Shown here: positions 51,867-60,430 of the stretch, one piece after another
How positions within the stretch are numbered: the first letter of the stretch is position 1
Layout of the letters: each line of letters starts with the position of its first letter
Assembly (NCBI GenBank): GCA_050246755.1
Contig: JBFWVL010000001.1
Span: forward strand, 32,001 to 96,000
Direction of reading: 5' to 3'
Source: Bacteriovoracia bacterium
GTDB taxonomy: Bacteria; Bdellovibrionota; UBA1018; CAIPTA01
Length of the DNA: 64,000 bases
The notes under the pieces: model-generated
Told to the model about the DNA's origin: nothing
What the model saw: the letters and a program-made list of their open reading frames with translations, nothing else
Database searches by the model: none
Position numbers and translations under genes: made by a program

Positions 51867-52957
51867 TAAAACTTCACGGCGAACCGCATGGAAATCCGCC
51901 GGTCTTGGATTTCCTGAAAGTTGCGTGCATCTAATTCTTCCCCATAAGTACCAAGATCGAAAGTGCCGAATTTCGACGCTAAGCCCAATCCCGCCGTGAG
52001 GTAGCCCTGGCTGAAACCGAAGCGGAAGAAAAAAGATTTCCCGTACCCGATTTCGGTACCTAGATTCAGGTGCCGCAGGGAATTCACCTTAGAAACATTG
52101 AGCAGATCGCGGTAGTCGGCGGCGATCGTGAGCGAATTGCGCTGCCCCAATTTCGGGAAGAACGCGATCCCACCGTCGTATTTCATTTTTATTTTTTCGT
52201 GCGCCGTAGCGGTTCCTTCGCCGCGCGGGTAAGGCGCCGAGCCGGTGAAAGAAGTATCTCCCAAGTTACGCGCCACGAATCCTAAGGTGGGCAAGCCGGC
52301 CCACGGCAGGCTCAGCATGGCGCCCGCGTCGAGCCCGAGGCCGAACCCCTCCTGCGGATCTTTTTTGTAACCGAGATCAGGAGCATCGGCATCGGTCACT
52401 TTATCATTGGAGGTGATCTGAATCGCCCGCGCGGCGGCGCCGATGCGCAAGCGGTTTCCGAGAAGGTTCATCGAAATTCCCATGGAAGGAATCATCAAGT
52501 AGCGGGAATGATACTCGAGCTTATCCTGGGAATTGATATACGAAACCGCCTGCTCCTTCCACGCGATACCGAAGCCGAAATTCTGCGCCGAAAGATTGGG
52601 ATAGAGGGAGTAGCCGGCATAGGAAGCCTTATGCGGATGCTCGCGCAGCACCGGCTGAATCGAGGAGAGCGCCAAATTCTTCGAATATCCGCCGGCATTT
52701 CCTCCCAGCGAGAAAAAACCGGTGCCGAACTCGATCTGGGGGTTGAAAATCTCGAGGGATGCTTTTTTATTCCGGGAGAGCGCCGCCGGATTATAGAACA
52801 TGGTGGTGATGCTGTCTTCGGCGCTGGCGATGCCTACGTTTCCCATCGATAGGGCACGGGTGCTGGATAACCATTCATTATTTACTTGGTCCGCCAGCGC
52901 GAAGGGCGCCTGCAAAAGCAGCAGCCCCCAGATCAGGCGAAAAAGACATCCATCCAT
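51866..52957 (-). CDS. Outer-membrane beta-barrel (TraF/FadL-like superfamily)
   Basis: RALSMGN...FYNPAAL N-terminus, GYLTAGLG and terminal Phe. Confidence 0.65.
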   Translation of the reverse strand: MDGCLFRLIWGLLLLQAPFALADQVNNEWLSSTRALSMGNVGIASAEDSITTMFYNPAALSRNKKASLEIFNPQIEFGTGFFSLGGNAGGYSKNLALSSIQPVLREHPHKASYAGYSLYPNLSAQNFGFGIAWKEQAVSYINSQDKLEYHSRYLMIPSMGISMNLLGNRLRIGAAARAIQITSNDKVTDADAPDLGYKKDPQEGFGLGLDAGAMLSLPWAGLPTLGFVARNLGDTSFTGSAPYPRGEGTATAHEKIKMKYDGGIAFFPKLGQRNSLTIAADYRDLLNVSKVNSLRHLNLGTEIGYGKSFFFRFGFSQGYLTAGLGLASKFGTFDLGTYGEELDARNFQEIQDRRISMRFAVKF

Positions 52958-53140
52958 GGCTATCTCTCCTCTTATTAATTGTCGCGCATTTCTCCGCGTT
53001 TGAATAGCGCCGGACTCTCTCCTCCGAGCGAATCGCTTTATTTTTATTCCAGTAATTTCAAGCACTTATATCGATGCGCCGAATCCATTTAAATCTATAG
53101 GCCCCTCCTCCTTACGCCGATAAAGATCCAGGAGACACGA

Positions 53141-53839
53141 TTGAAAAAAATGGCCAAAAAGCGCAAACAAAAACAAGCAGATAACCTGCTCGTGCTGCCC
53201 ACTTCCCGCTTCGCGGAAGAAGTGTATCCCGACGTTTTGATCGAAGCACTTCGCTCGATCGTCTCCTCCCTCGAAGAAAAGGACTCCTACACGCACGGCC
53301 ATTCGTTCCGCGTGGCCGAATACGCCGTGCTCCTCGGTGAAGAAATCGGCCTCACTGAAGTTCAGCTCCGGGAAGCCGAGCTCTCGGCCCTGCTCCACGA
53401 CGTGGGAAAGATCGGGATTCCCGACAGTATTCTCCTGAAGCCAGGGCGCCTCACCCCCGCTGAATTCGAAATCATGAAGAGCCACCCCGTGCGCAGCGGG
53501 AAGATCCTCGAGAAAATTAGCGCCCTGAGCAACCTGATTCCGGGTATCGTGCACCACCATGAGCGCTTCGACGGCCTTGGGTACCCTAGCGGACTCAAGG
53601 GAGACGATATCCCGCTCTACGGGCGAATCATCCTCATCGCCGATACCTACGATGCCATGACGTCTACGCGCCCTTACCGTTTGGCGTTAAATAAGGAAAT
53701 TGCGTTCGAGGAATTGGTACGTTGCTCCGGCAGCCAGTTCGATCCTTACCTCGTGGAATGTTTTATTCGCGTGATCCGCCGCCTCGACCAAGGCGACGCG
53801 CGCCGGGAACGCGACAGTATCGTGAAAAAAATCGCCTGA
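53141..53839 (+). CDS. HD-GYP domain c-di-GMP phosphodiesterase
   Basis: HSFRVA, LLHDVGKIG, HHERFDGLGYP and ADTYDAMTS-x-RPYR. Confidence 0.93.
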   Translation: MKKMAKKRKQKQADNLLVLPTSRFAEEVYPDVLIEALRSIVSSLEEKDSYTHGHSFRVAEYAVLLGEEIGLTEVQLREAELSALLHDVGKIGIPDSILLKPGRLTPAEFEIMKSHPVRSGKILEKISALSNLIPGIVHHHERFDGLGYPSGLKGDDIPLYGRIILIADTYDAMTSTRPYRLALNKEIAFEELVRCSGSQFDPYLVECFIRVIRRLDQGDARRERDSIVKKIA

Positions 53840-53896
53840 ATTCAAGCGCATGCTTGAAGCCAGCCCCGCTTCGCTTCTATAATCTAAATAAGAAAA

Positions 53897-54586
53897 ATGG
53901 CGTCCGTAAAAGCAAAAATCCTCGTCATTGAGGACAACGAAGACACGCGGAGATTCCTGCAGCAAGTGCTGAGCAAGGAATACGACGTTATCCTCGCGGA
54001 CAACGCGGTGCTGGGAATAGATTTCGCCCGCAACCAAAATCCGAATCTGATCCTGCTCGACATCATGCTCCCTCATCTTTCCGGCCTCGACGCCTGCCAG
54101 ATCTTAAAAAAAGACGAACGCACCGCTCGCATCCCGATTATTTTTCTCTCCGCCAAATCTAAAGTGAGCGATATCACCAGCGGCCTTCATCTCGGGGCCG
54201 ACGACTATATTCCCAAGCCCTTCGACTATAAAGAGCTGCTGGCGCGTGTGGAAGCCAGGCTTCGCGCTTCCGCCGCCCGCGCTTCGGGTGGAGATCCGAT
54301 CGTGGTAGGAGACCTTACCATCGATCCCGCTAACCGCACCGTGCGCTACCGCACGAAGGCGGTGGAGCTCACCCTCACGGAGTTCGACATTCTCCGCCGC
54401 CTCGCTACGGTGCCGGGAGAAACCGTTTCGCGCAAAGAGATCATCGACGCCGTTCGCCACCACACGAAAAAAGCCATCAACGACCGCACCATCGACGTGC
54501 ATATCCGCGCCATCCGGAAAAAAATTCCGGAAATGCAAAAGCACCTCAGCTCAATCTACGGGATTGGGTATCGGTACGATAAATAA
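53897..54586 (+). CDS. OmpR/PhoB-family response regulator
   Basis: IEDN, LLDIMLP, GADDYIPKPF and wHTH RTIDVHI. Confidence 0.93.
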   Translation: MASVKAKILVIEDNEDTRRFLQQVLSKEYDVILADNAVLGIDFARNQNPNLILLDIMLPHLSGLDACQILKKDERTARIPIIFLSAKSKVSDITSGLHLGADDYIPKPFDYKELLARVEARLRASAARASGGDPIVVGDLTIDPANRTVRYRTKAVELTLTEFDILRRLATVPGETVSRKEIIDAVRHHTKKAINDRTIDVHIRAIRKKIPEMQKHLSSIYGIGYRYDK

Positions 54587-54621
54587 ATCAGTTGGCGGCG
54601 GTTTGCCGTGGGCAGTGAATG

Positions 54622-56673
54622 CTACTTCAGCACGCGCTCTAGCTGCGTGATCTTATTCGTTTCCACCACTACGTCGAGCTCGCCCTTGTAGTTCAGGATA
54701 TTATTTTCCAGCACCACGCGGTAGCGCCCGGCCGGCAAGCGCTCGCGCATGGGGGTACGCCCCTTATAGATCACTTCTTCGCCGCTAAAGATCGTAACCT
54801 GCGCGTCGGGCGAAGTGGTGAGATTCAAATTTCCGCTCGGCAACTCGAGCATTTCCACGCGGTACGAAACCGGCGCGCGGTCTTTCACTAGAGCCTGGAA
54901 CTGAACTGTTTGGTATCCGCGGCGCATTACGTCGATGAGGAGCGGTTGGTTAAGGGGAACTGAAAACTGATTATTGTTCACGGCCACCGCCTGGCCGTTT
55001 AGCAACACGCGCAGATCCGTAAACTTCGACTGCAGCACGATCACGCCGGCATTCGTGTCCACCACGGGCAATGAACTGGGCTTGGGCTGTTCGGCCGGGC
55101 GGCGATCTACCGGTGCGTGCTCTGTCACGTGCACGGGGGCTGGCTCGGTGTTCACGGCCACGCGCTTTTCCGGTGCTAAAAATCCAAGCGGCGTTCCGTC
55201 GAGCATTCCGTACTGGCGCGCGCCCACTAGGAGGCCTACCAACAGAAGCGAAAGCAGCACCATCACGTTTCTTGTACCGGAACTTTGCTCGTCGAGCTCT
55301 TTCCGCAACGAAACGGAGTGCGTGCCCTTCTTTACCTGATTCGTGCCGGCCGTCGTTTTGCTCCAGGGCGGGATTACCATATTTTCCGTGCGCTGCACTC
55401 CGCCCGGCAGAGGCAAGGGACGCCCGGAAATCCCAGTAGCCTGGGCCGGCGGTTTCGCTTTGCTGATATCTACTTCGTGCGGATCGGCCGCGGGGGCGCC
55501 GGAAGCTCTCAGCTCCTCGGGAGAAGGACGGCGGATCTTGCCCGTGTTCTGGGAGGTCACGAGGTCCATCATCTCGCGGTTAAAGTCGGTAGTGGAAATC
55601 AGGCCGTCGGCCAGCTTATTGGAAAGAGGCGGGGGCGCTTTCTTGCCCGGGTCGTTCTTCTCGGGAGTGCCAAATCCTTCGCCAGTACCCACGGGCTCGA
55701 TCGCGAGGTATTTCGCGAGGCGCTCGCGGTCGTCGCGGATCTCGCTCTTGAATAATTCCTGCGCGTAGTAGGAAAGGTCCGAAGGATTGAAGCTCGGGTT
55801 GAACGAGTAGAGAAACTTGTGTAGGTCGCGCTGGAACTCTTCGGCATTCTGGTAGCGCTTGTGCTTATCGCGCTGGAGGGACTTTAAAATGATGGCGTCC
55901 AGCGACTGCGGCACGGCGGGATTGAAGGTGGAAGGCGGTTCGATCTTCGCGCTTTGGATCAAGCGCAGCACGCCCATATCGGTATCGGCCACGAACAAGC
56001 GCTTGGCGGTGAGCAATTCCCAGAGGCAAATGCCGAGCGCGAAAATATCCGATCTTCCGTCTAGCTCCTCGCCGTTGATTTGTTCGGGTGAAAGATAGGA
56101 CGGCTTGCCCTTGATCACTCCGGCCCGGGTGGCTTCGTTGGCACTCTTGGCCTTGGCAATACCGAAATCGAAAAGCTTCACGGCGCCGTCGTAGGAAATC
56201 ATTACGTTCTGAGGTGAGATATCCCGGTGCACGATCCCGAGCGTTTTGCCGGTGAGGCGGTCTTTATAGGAATGCGCATAGCCGAGGGCGTGGCAAACCT
56301 GGCTGATGATGTAGCAGCTCATGTCGATCGAGAACATGGATTTCATGTCTGCCAGGCGCTTCACGAATTGGCGGAGGTTTTTTCCCTCCACGTACTCCAT
56401 GGCCATGAAATATTGCTCGTCTACTTTTCCGTAGTCGTAGATCTGGATGATATTCGGGTGCGTGAGACCCACGGTGATCTTGATCTCTTCCTCGAACATC
56501 TGGAGGAATTCAGGGTTTGCCTGCAGATTCGCGATCACTTTTTTGATCACGATCACGCGGTCGGGGCCTTCTTTCGCGGCGGCTAACCGCGCGCGATAAA
56601 TCTCGGCCATTCCGCCTACGGCGATTGGATCGACGATGATATACCGCCCGAATTTGTGAGGACGAAAAGCCAT
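54622..56673 (-). CDS. Membrane Ser/Thr protein kinase with PEGA-like C-terminus
   Basis: GGMAEIY, HRDISPQN, DFGIAK, YLSPEQ and one TM segment. Confidence 0.93.
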   Translation of the reverse strand: MAFRPHKFGRYIIVDPIAVGGMAEIYRARLAAAKEGPDRVIVIKKVIANLQANPEFLQMFEEEIKITVGLTHPNIIQIYDYGKVDEQYFMAMEYVEGKNLRQFVKRLADMKSMFSIDMSCYIISQVCHALGYAHSYKDRLTGKTLGIVHRDISPQNVMISYDGAVKLFDFGIAKAKSANEATRAGVIKGKPSYLSPEQINGEELDGRSDIFALGICLWELLTAKRLFVADTDMGVLRLIQSAKIEPPSTFNPAVPQSLDAIILKSLQRDKHKRYQNAEEFQRDLHKFLYSFNPSFNPSDLSYYAQELFKSEIRDDRERLAKYLAIEPVGTGEGFGTPEKNDPGKKAPPPLSNKLADGLISTTDFNREMMDLVTSQNTGKIRRPSPEELRASGAPAADPHEVDISKAKPPAQATGISGRPLPLPGGVQRTENMVIPPWSKTTAGTNQVKKGTHSVSLRKELDEQSSGTRNVMVLLSLLLVGLLVGARQYGMLDGTPLGFLAPEKRVAVNTEPAPVHVTEHAPVDRRPAEQPKPSSLPVVDTNAGVIVLQSKFTDLRVLLNGQAVAVNNNQFSVPLNQPLLIDVMRRGYQTVQFQALVKDRAPVSYRVEMLELPSGNLNLTTSPDAQVTIFSGEEVIYKGRTPMRERLPAGRYRVVLENNILNYKGELDVVVETNKITQLERVLK

Positions 56674-56783
56674 TAAATGAATTCCTTCACCCGTACTAAT
56701 CGGTAGAAGTACGCAATTTCATTAGCTTGTTTGCGAAATTTGCCGGCCCTAGAAAAGATAGTAAAAATAGGGAGATAAGCCCC

Positions 56784-57209
56784 CTACCGGATCACTTTGA
56801 GCCCGGGAGCCGCCGGAGCGCCAGACTGGGCACCCGGTATCACGTATTCCAGGCAAAGCTCTTTTTTGATTCTTTTAGGATTGGCGGAAATTTTCCGGGT
56901 AATGCCTTCCCGCATATCATTCATCGCGCAATCGGTAAGCTGCTTACTAACCTTAGCCGCCATCTCTTTTCCGGAAATATAGGCGGGTAACGCATCGTAC
57001 ATCCGCTCACCGCAAGCCTGAATGGCCGGGGTAAAGAACACGGCGCACTCTTCCCGTTTCAGATTCGTACAGCGCAATATATTCCCTTCGCACATCGCTT
57101 CCGCCACCGCCGGCGCATGTTTTTTGAGCCAGTAATCCTTCGCGATCATGGGCGCCGCGAAAACCGGGGTGGAGCATGCGAAAACGATCAGGGAGAAAAT
57201 TTTGTTCAT
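56784..57209 (-). CDS. Small secreted Cys-rich hypothetical protein
   Basis: Signal peptide and six mature-region Cys; has its own -10 element. Confidence 0.7.
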   Translation of the reverse strand: MNKIFSLIVFACSTPVFAAPMIAKDYWLKKHAPAVAEAMCEGNILRCTNLKREECAVFFTPAIQACGERMYDALPAYISGKEMAAKVSKQLTDCAMNDMREGITRKISANPKRIKKELCLEYVIPGAQSGAPAAPGLKVIR

Positions 57210-57225
57210 GCGAAATTATGGCACT

Positions 57226-57266
57226 AAAAAAAAGAAAAGCCCAGCCGCCCTCGGGCAACTGGGCTC
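57226..57266 (-). terminator. Intrinsic terminator
   Basis: AGCCCAG/CTGGGCT stem followed by a U-tract on the minus strand. Confidence 0.65.
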
Positions 57267-57284
57267 TCAATCCGCATCAAACAG

Positions 57285-58124
57285 CTATTTCGGAGGATGC
57301 TCCGTAATTTTACCGGTGGCCTTCAGCTCAGCCACCTGATCATAGAATTCCTTTTGGCCGGTACGGATGCGATCCGGATTGAAGCCGTAGTTGCGGCGGC
57401 CGAAGTCGATTCCGAAAAAAGCGTAACTTTGGCCCATATGGTAGCCGGCCACGCGATAGTCGGTACGGCCATCAGCCGTGGGACGCAGGGTGATAATCGT
57501 CATGAACGAGATCGTCTGCGAAGCGGCTTTGCCGTCGCGGCCCGCAAAACTACCCACCAGCACGTACCCTTCGCGGGCATCGCCTCGGACCATAAGGGAG
57601 TAAACGTCGTTCATATCCTTGGCCACGCCCCCGCCCGTTTTGCGGGTGATGGTGCGATAAGTGCCGGGTCCCCATTGCTGGTTGAGGCGCTCTTCGCGGT
57701 AGCTATAAACAGTATCTGTTGGGTAAGTCACGCCCTCGGCGGCGCCCACCGGTTTTCCCCAGCGAAAAAGAATAGTCTCGAGCGCGGTAGCGATATCGGC
57801 ATCTAGGGAACCATAGGTTTCCAGGCCATAGGTAACGGCCTTGGGAATATCTCCGGAATCTTCCAGCTCGATGGTATTGGCCAATGGCGCGGCCACGGAA
57901 ACGAAGAGACGCTCAGGATCCTGCGCCACTTCCACGGGAAGCGGGAGGTTCCGCTGCGCTTCGTACCAAGTAAAAAGCTTTTGCTCGAATGGGCTCGGCT
58001 CGGAGCCGATCGTTTTCAGCCAGCGCAAGTACGTGGTACGCTCCACGGATGCGGGCGGCGTGGTATCCCCGGCGAATACGGGAAGCGCGGCGAAGAGACA
58101 GAAAATTCCGAATAGTTTTTTCAT
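57285..58124 (-). CDS. Secreted hypothetical protein (paralog of 58207..59109)
   Basis: Signal peptide; shares LET-x-L-x-RWGKP, GG-x-x-KD and GQSY with its neighbour. Confidence 0.75.
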   Translation of the reverse strand: MKKLFGIFCLFAALPVFAGDTTPPASVERTTYLRWLKTIGSEPSPFEQKLFTWYEAQRNLPLPVEVAQDPERLFVSVAAPLANTIELEDSGDIPKAVTYGLETYGSLDADIATALETILFRWGKPVGAAEGVTYPTDTVYSYREERLNQQWGPGTYRTITRKTGGGVAKDMNDVYSLMVRGDAREGYVLVGSFAGRDGKAASQTISFMTIITLRPTADGRTDYRVAGYHMGQSYAFFGIDFGRRNYGFNPDRIRTGQKEFYDQVAELKATGKITEHPPK

Positions 58125-58206
58125 TAGAAGACCCCCATTTTTCTCAGGGATAGTCTTCCCGTAGGAAACCTAAAAAGACAATAGGCAGATTTTTCCTTTT
58201 TGAATC

Positions 58207-59109
58207 CTAAAAATCCTTGCCGTACTCAATGTCGGTCTTGTGATCGGCAATTTTTCCGGTGTCGCGGAGCTCCTTGAGCATATTCATGGTCTCTTCCTGA
58301 ATGGCCCGCACTTTAGCCACGTTAAAACCGATTTGGGCTCGGCCAATTCTTACATTGCCTAACACTTTATAACTTTGTCCCTGAAATCGGGTGCTGAGTT
58401 TGTAAGAAGTTTTTCCATTCGAGAGCGGGCGAATGATCGCGATGGCGAAACATTGTTTGGTCAAAGTAGTGCCGCCCGGTCTCACAAACTGCATAAACAC
58501 ATCATAGCCCTGCGCATCATTTCCCCGGATCAAAACGAAGTAACGATCGGCGATATCTTTTACAATTCCTCCGTCCCGGCGCAGCGTGAGGCTCGCGTAG
58601 GCTTGCTCGCCCCAATTCGCGTTGGGCGCCCAGTAGTCCACCCGTTTCGCGAACTGCCCGCCGAGCGGATAGGTTTTTCCTTCGCGTTCGCCCGTGGGTT
58701 TTCCCCAGCGGTAGAGCATGGTTTCCAAAACTTCGTGCACGCTGCCGCTCATCTCGGCATACACTTCGGCGCCCACCGTATTTCCCTCGGTAATTTCCCC
58801 CGCTTCTTCGAGATCGATCGTTTCCCGCAACGGGCGATCCACGTTCACGAAAATCTTGCCCGGATCGCGGCTTACTTCCACCGGCAGATCGCGGTTTTTT
58901 TCATTCTCGTACCAGGAAAAAACGTTGGCGGTGAAAGCGCTCGCGTAGGTAGGTTGCAGTAAAGGAGCCGCCCACTTTACGTAGGACTCCAGGGAAAGCG
59001 AAGTGGGAGCCGGGCTGCCCGCCGGAAGATCGAGCAGGGCCGGGTTAGGCGTACCGGCCGAAGCGGAGTTCACGAACGCGCAAGCGAGCAATGCATAAAT
59101 GAATTTCAT
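58207..59109 (-). CDS. Secreted hypothetical protein (paralog of 57285..58124)
   Basis: Signal peptide and the same shared motifs. Confidence 0.75.
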   Translation of the reverse strand: MKFIYALLACAFVNSASAGTPNPALLDLPAGSPAPTSLSLESYVKWAAPLLQPTYASAFTANVFSWYENEKNRDLPVEVSRDPGKIFVNVDRPLRETIDLEEAGEITEGNTVGAEVYAEMSGSVHEVLETMLYRWGKPTGEREGKTYPLGGQFAKRVDYWAPNANWGEQAYASLTLRRDGGIVKDIADRYFVLIRGNDAQGYDVFMQFVRPGGTTLTKQCFAIAIIRPLSNGKTSYKLSTRFQGQSYKVLGNVRIGRAQIGFNVAKVRAIQEETMNMLKELRDTGKIADHKTDIEYGKDF

Positions 59110-59126
59110 TTTATCTCCCATTCTGG

Positions 59127-60428
59127 CTAAAATTTAAAACTGGCGCCCAAGCCGTAGACGAAAATCTTTCCGCCGGTCACGTAGCCGGGGGCGCCCACGT
59201 TGGTCGAAGATTCTTTCCGTACTTGGCGCCGAACGAGCCAGTTGTACTGGAAGAAAAGATCGAGGTCGATGAAATCGTGCTCCCGTAAGAAATTTTCAAA
59301 TGCTGTGCCGAGCCCCGCGGTGAAAGAATGACGATTATTGTCTACGAAATTTGAGTCCTGCGTCTGGTCCGGCACCGGGGAGGGATGATAGGAATATCCC
59401 GCCCGGTAGGAAAGCTTGCGCAACCAGCCGTTCTGCGGAGTGGAATAGTCCACCCCGAAACGCCCGACCGGAATATCCTTAAAATTCGCCTCGCGCCGCA
59501 AATCGCCCACGAGGTAGGTATTTATATTTCCGCTGCCATAGGGAGACACGTATTTACTCCATTTGGCCCAAGCAAAATCCGCGGCGAGGGTAAAATGCTC
59601 CCCCACTCTTCCCGAATAAAGAAGGGCCCACTCGGCCGGAGTATAGACCGGCATACTCGTGATGGAACCTTCGATCGGCACGAAGGTGGTCACGTCGGCG
59701 ATGAGCTTGGTTTCGAGGCCAGCCTGCGCGCGGTACATGAGCCCGAGCGTATAGGGTGTGCCTTCCCCCTTCGTGGCGCGCTCGTGATCGTAGAGCAGAG
59801 AAAAAGATGGGCGGCTCTCGCTCTTTCCTTCCACCACGCTCGCCGAATAATTCACGGAGTTGCTCGTGCGCAGCGTGTAGTTGGCCACTGATTTGGTGGT
59901 GGAGCGAAGGTTAACGCCGAATGCCCAGCCGTCTACGAACTCGTAGCCCGCACCCACGGAGAAAAAGAAATTCCGCGCCACGTCGGTATAGAGGGGATAA
60001 AAAGGATGGTCCACCGGCTGGCCGGAAATCCGGATCAAGGTGGAGAAAGGCATATAAATGACCGCCCCCACCGTGAGCGGGCGCTCGCGGCCGAAAGGAA
60101 TCGCCACCCCGATGAGGCTTCCGCCTCCCGATAAAACTCCAGAGGTATCGAAGGTGCCCAAGGTGCCACTGGAATTCAGCGTCACGGTGCCGAAGGGCAG
60201 GAGCTTGGGATCAAAGTACTGCGCGCTCAGATCTACCTGCACCTGGTGAATCAATCCGAGCGAGGCTGGCGCGTTCAGCGTCTGGTACGGGCTCTGGCGC
60301 CCTTGAAAGAGCGAAGTTCCGCCGAGACCGCCCGAGAGCGGGCCCATGCCGAATAGCGAACCTAGCTCCGCACGGGCGTTCACGGAGAAAAAGCAAACCG
60401 CGGCCAATAAAAAAATCTTCGCGCGCAT
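59127..60428 (-). CDS. FadL-like outer-membrane hydrophobic-compound channel
   Basis: N-terminal hatch (G-x-G...NAPASL), WAKWS, RAGYSY-x-PSPVP and terminal Phe. Confidence 0.75.
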   Translation of the reverse strand: MRAKIFLLAAVCFFSVNARAELGSLFGMGPLSGGLGGTSLFQGRQSPYQTLNAPASLGLIHQVQVDLSAQYFDPKLLPFGTVTLNSSGTLGTFDTSGVLSGGGSLIGVAIPFGRERPLTVGAVIYMPFSTLIRISGQPVDHPFYPLYTDVARNFFFSVGAGYEFVDGWAFGVNLRSTTKSVANYTLRTSNSVNYSASVVEGKSESRPSFSLLYDHERATKGEGTPYTLGLMYRAQAGLETKLIADVTTFVPIEGSITSMPVYTPAEWALLYSGRVGEHFTLAADFAWAKWSKYVSPYGSGNINTYLVGDLRREANFKDIPVGRFGVDYSTPQNGWLRKLSYRAGYSYHPSPVPDQTQDSNFVDNNRHSFTAGLGTAFENFLREHDFIDLDLFFQYNWLVRRQVRKESSTNVGAPGYVTGGKIFVYGLGASFKF

Positions 60429-60430
60429 GC

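Noticed and set aside
51866-52957. Conjugation gene traF
   Set aside because: Only a barrel-family resemblance; there are no other tra genes and the context is chromosomal.
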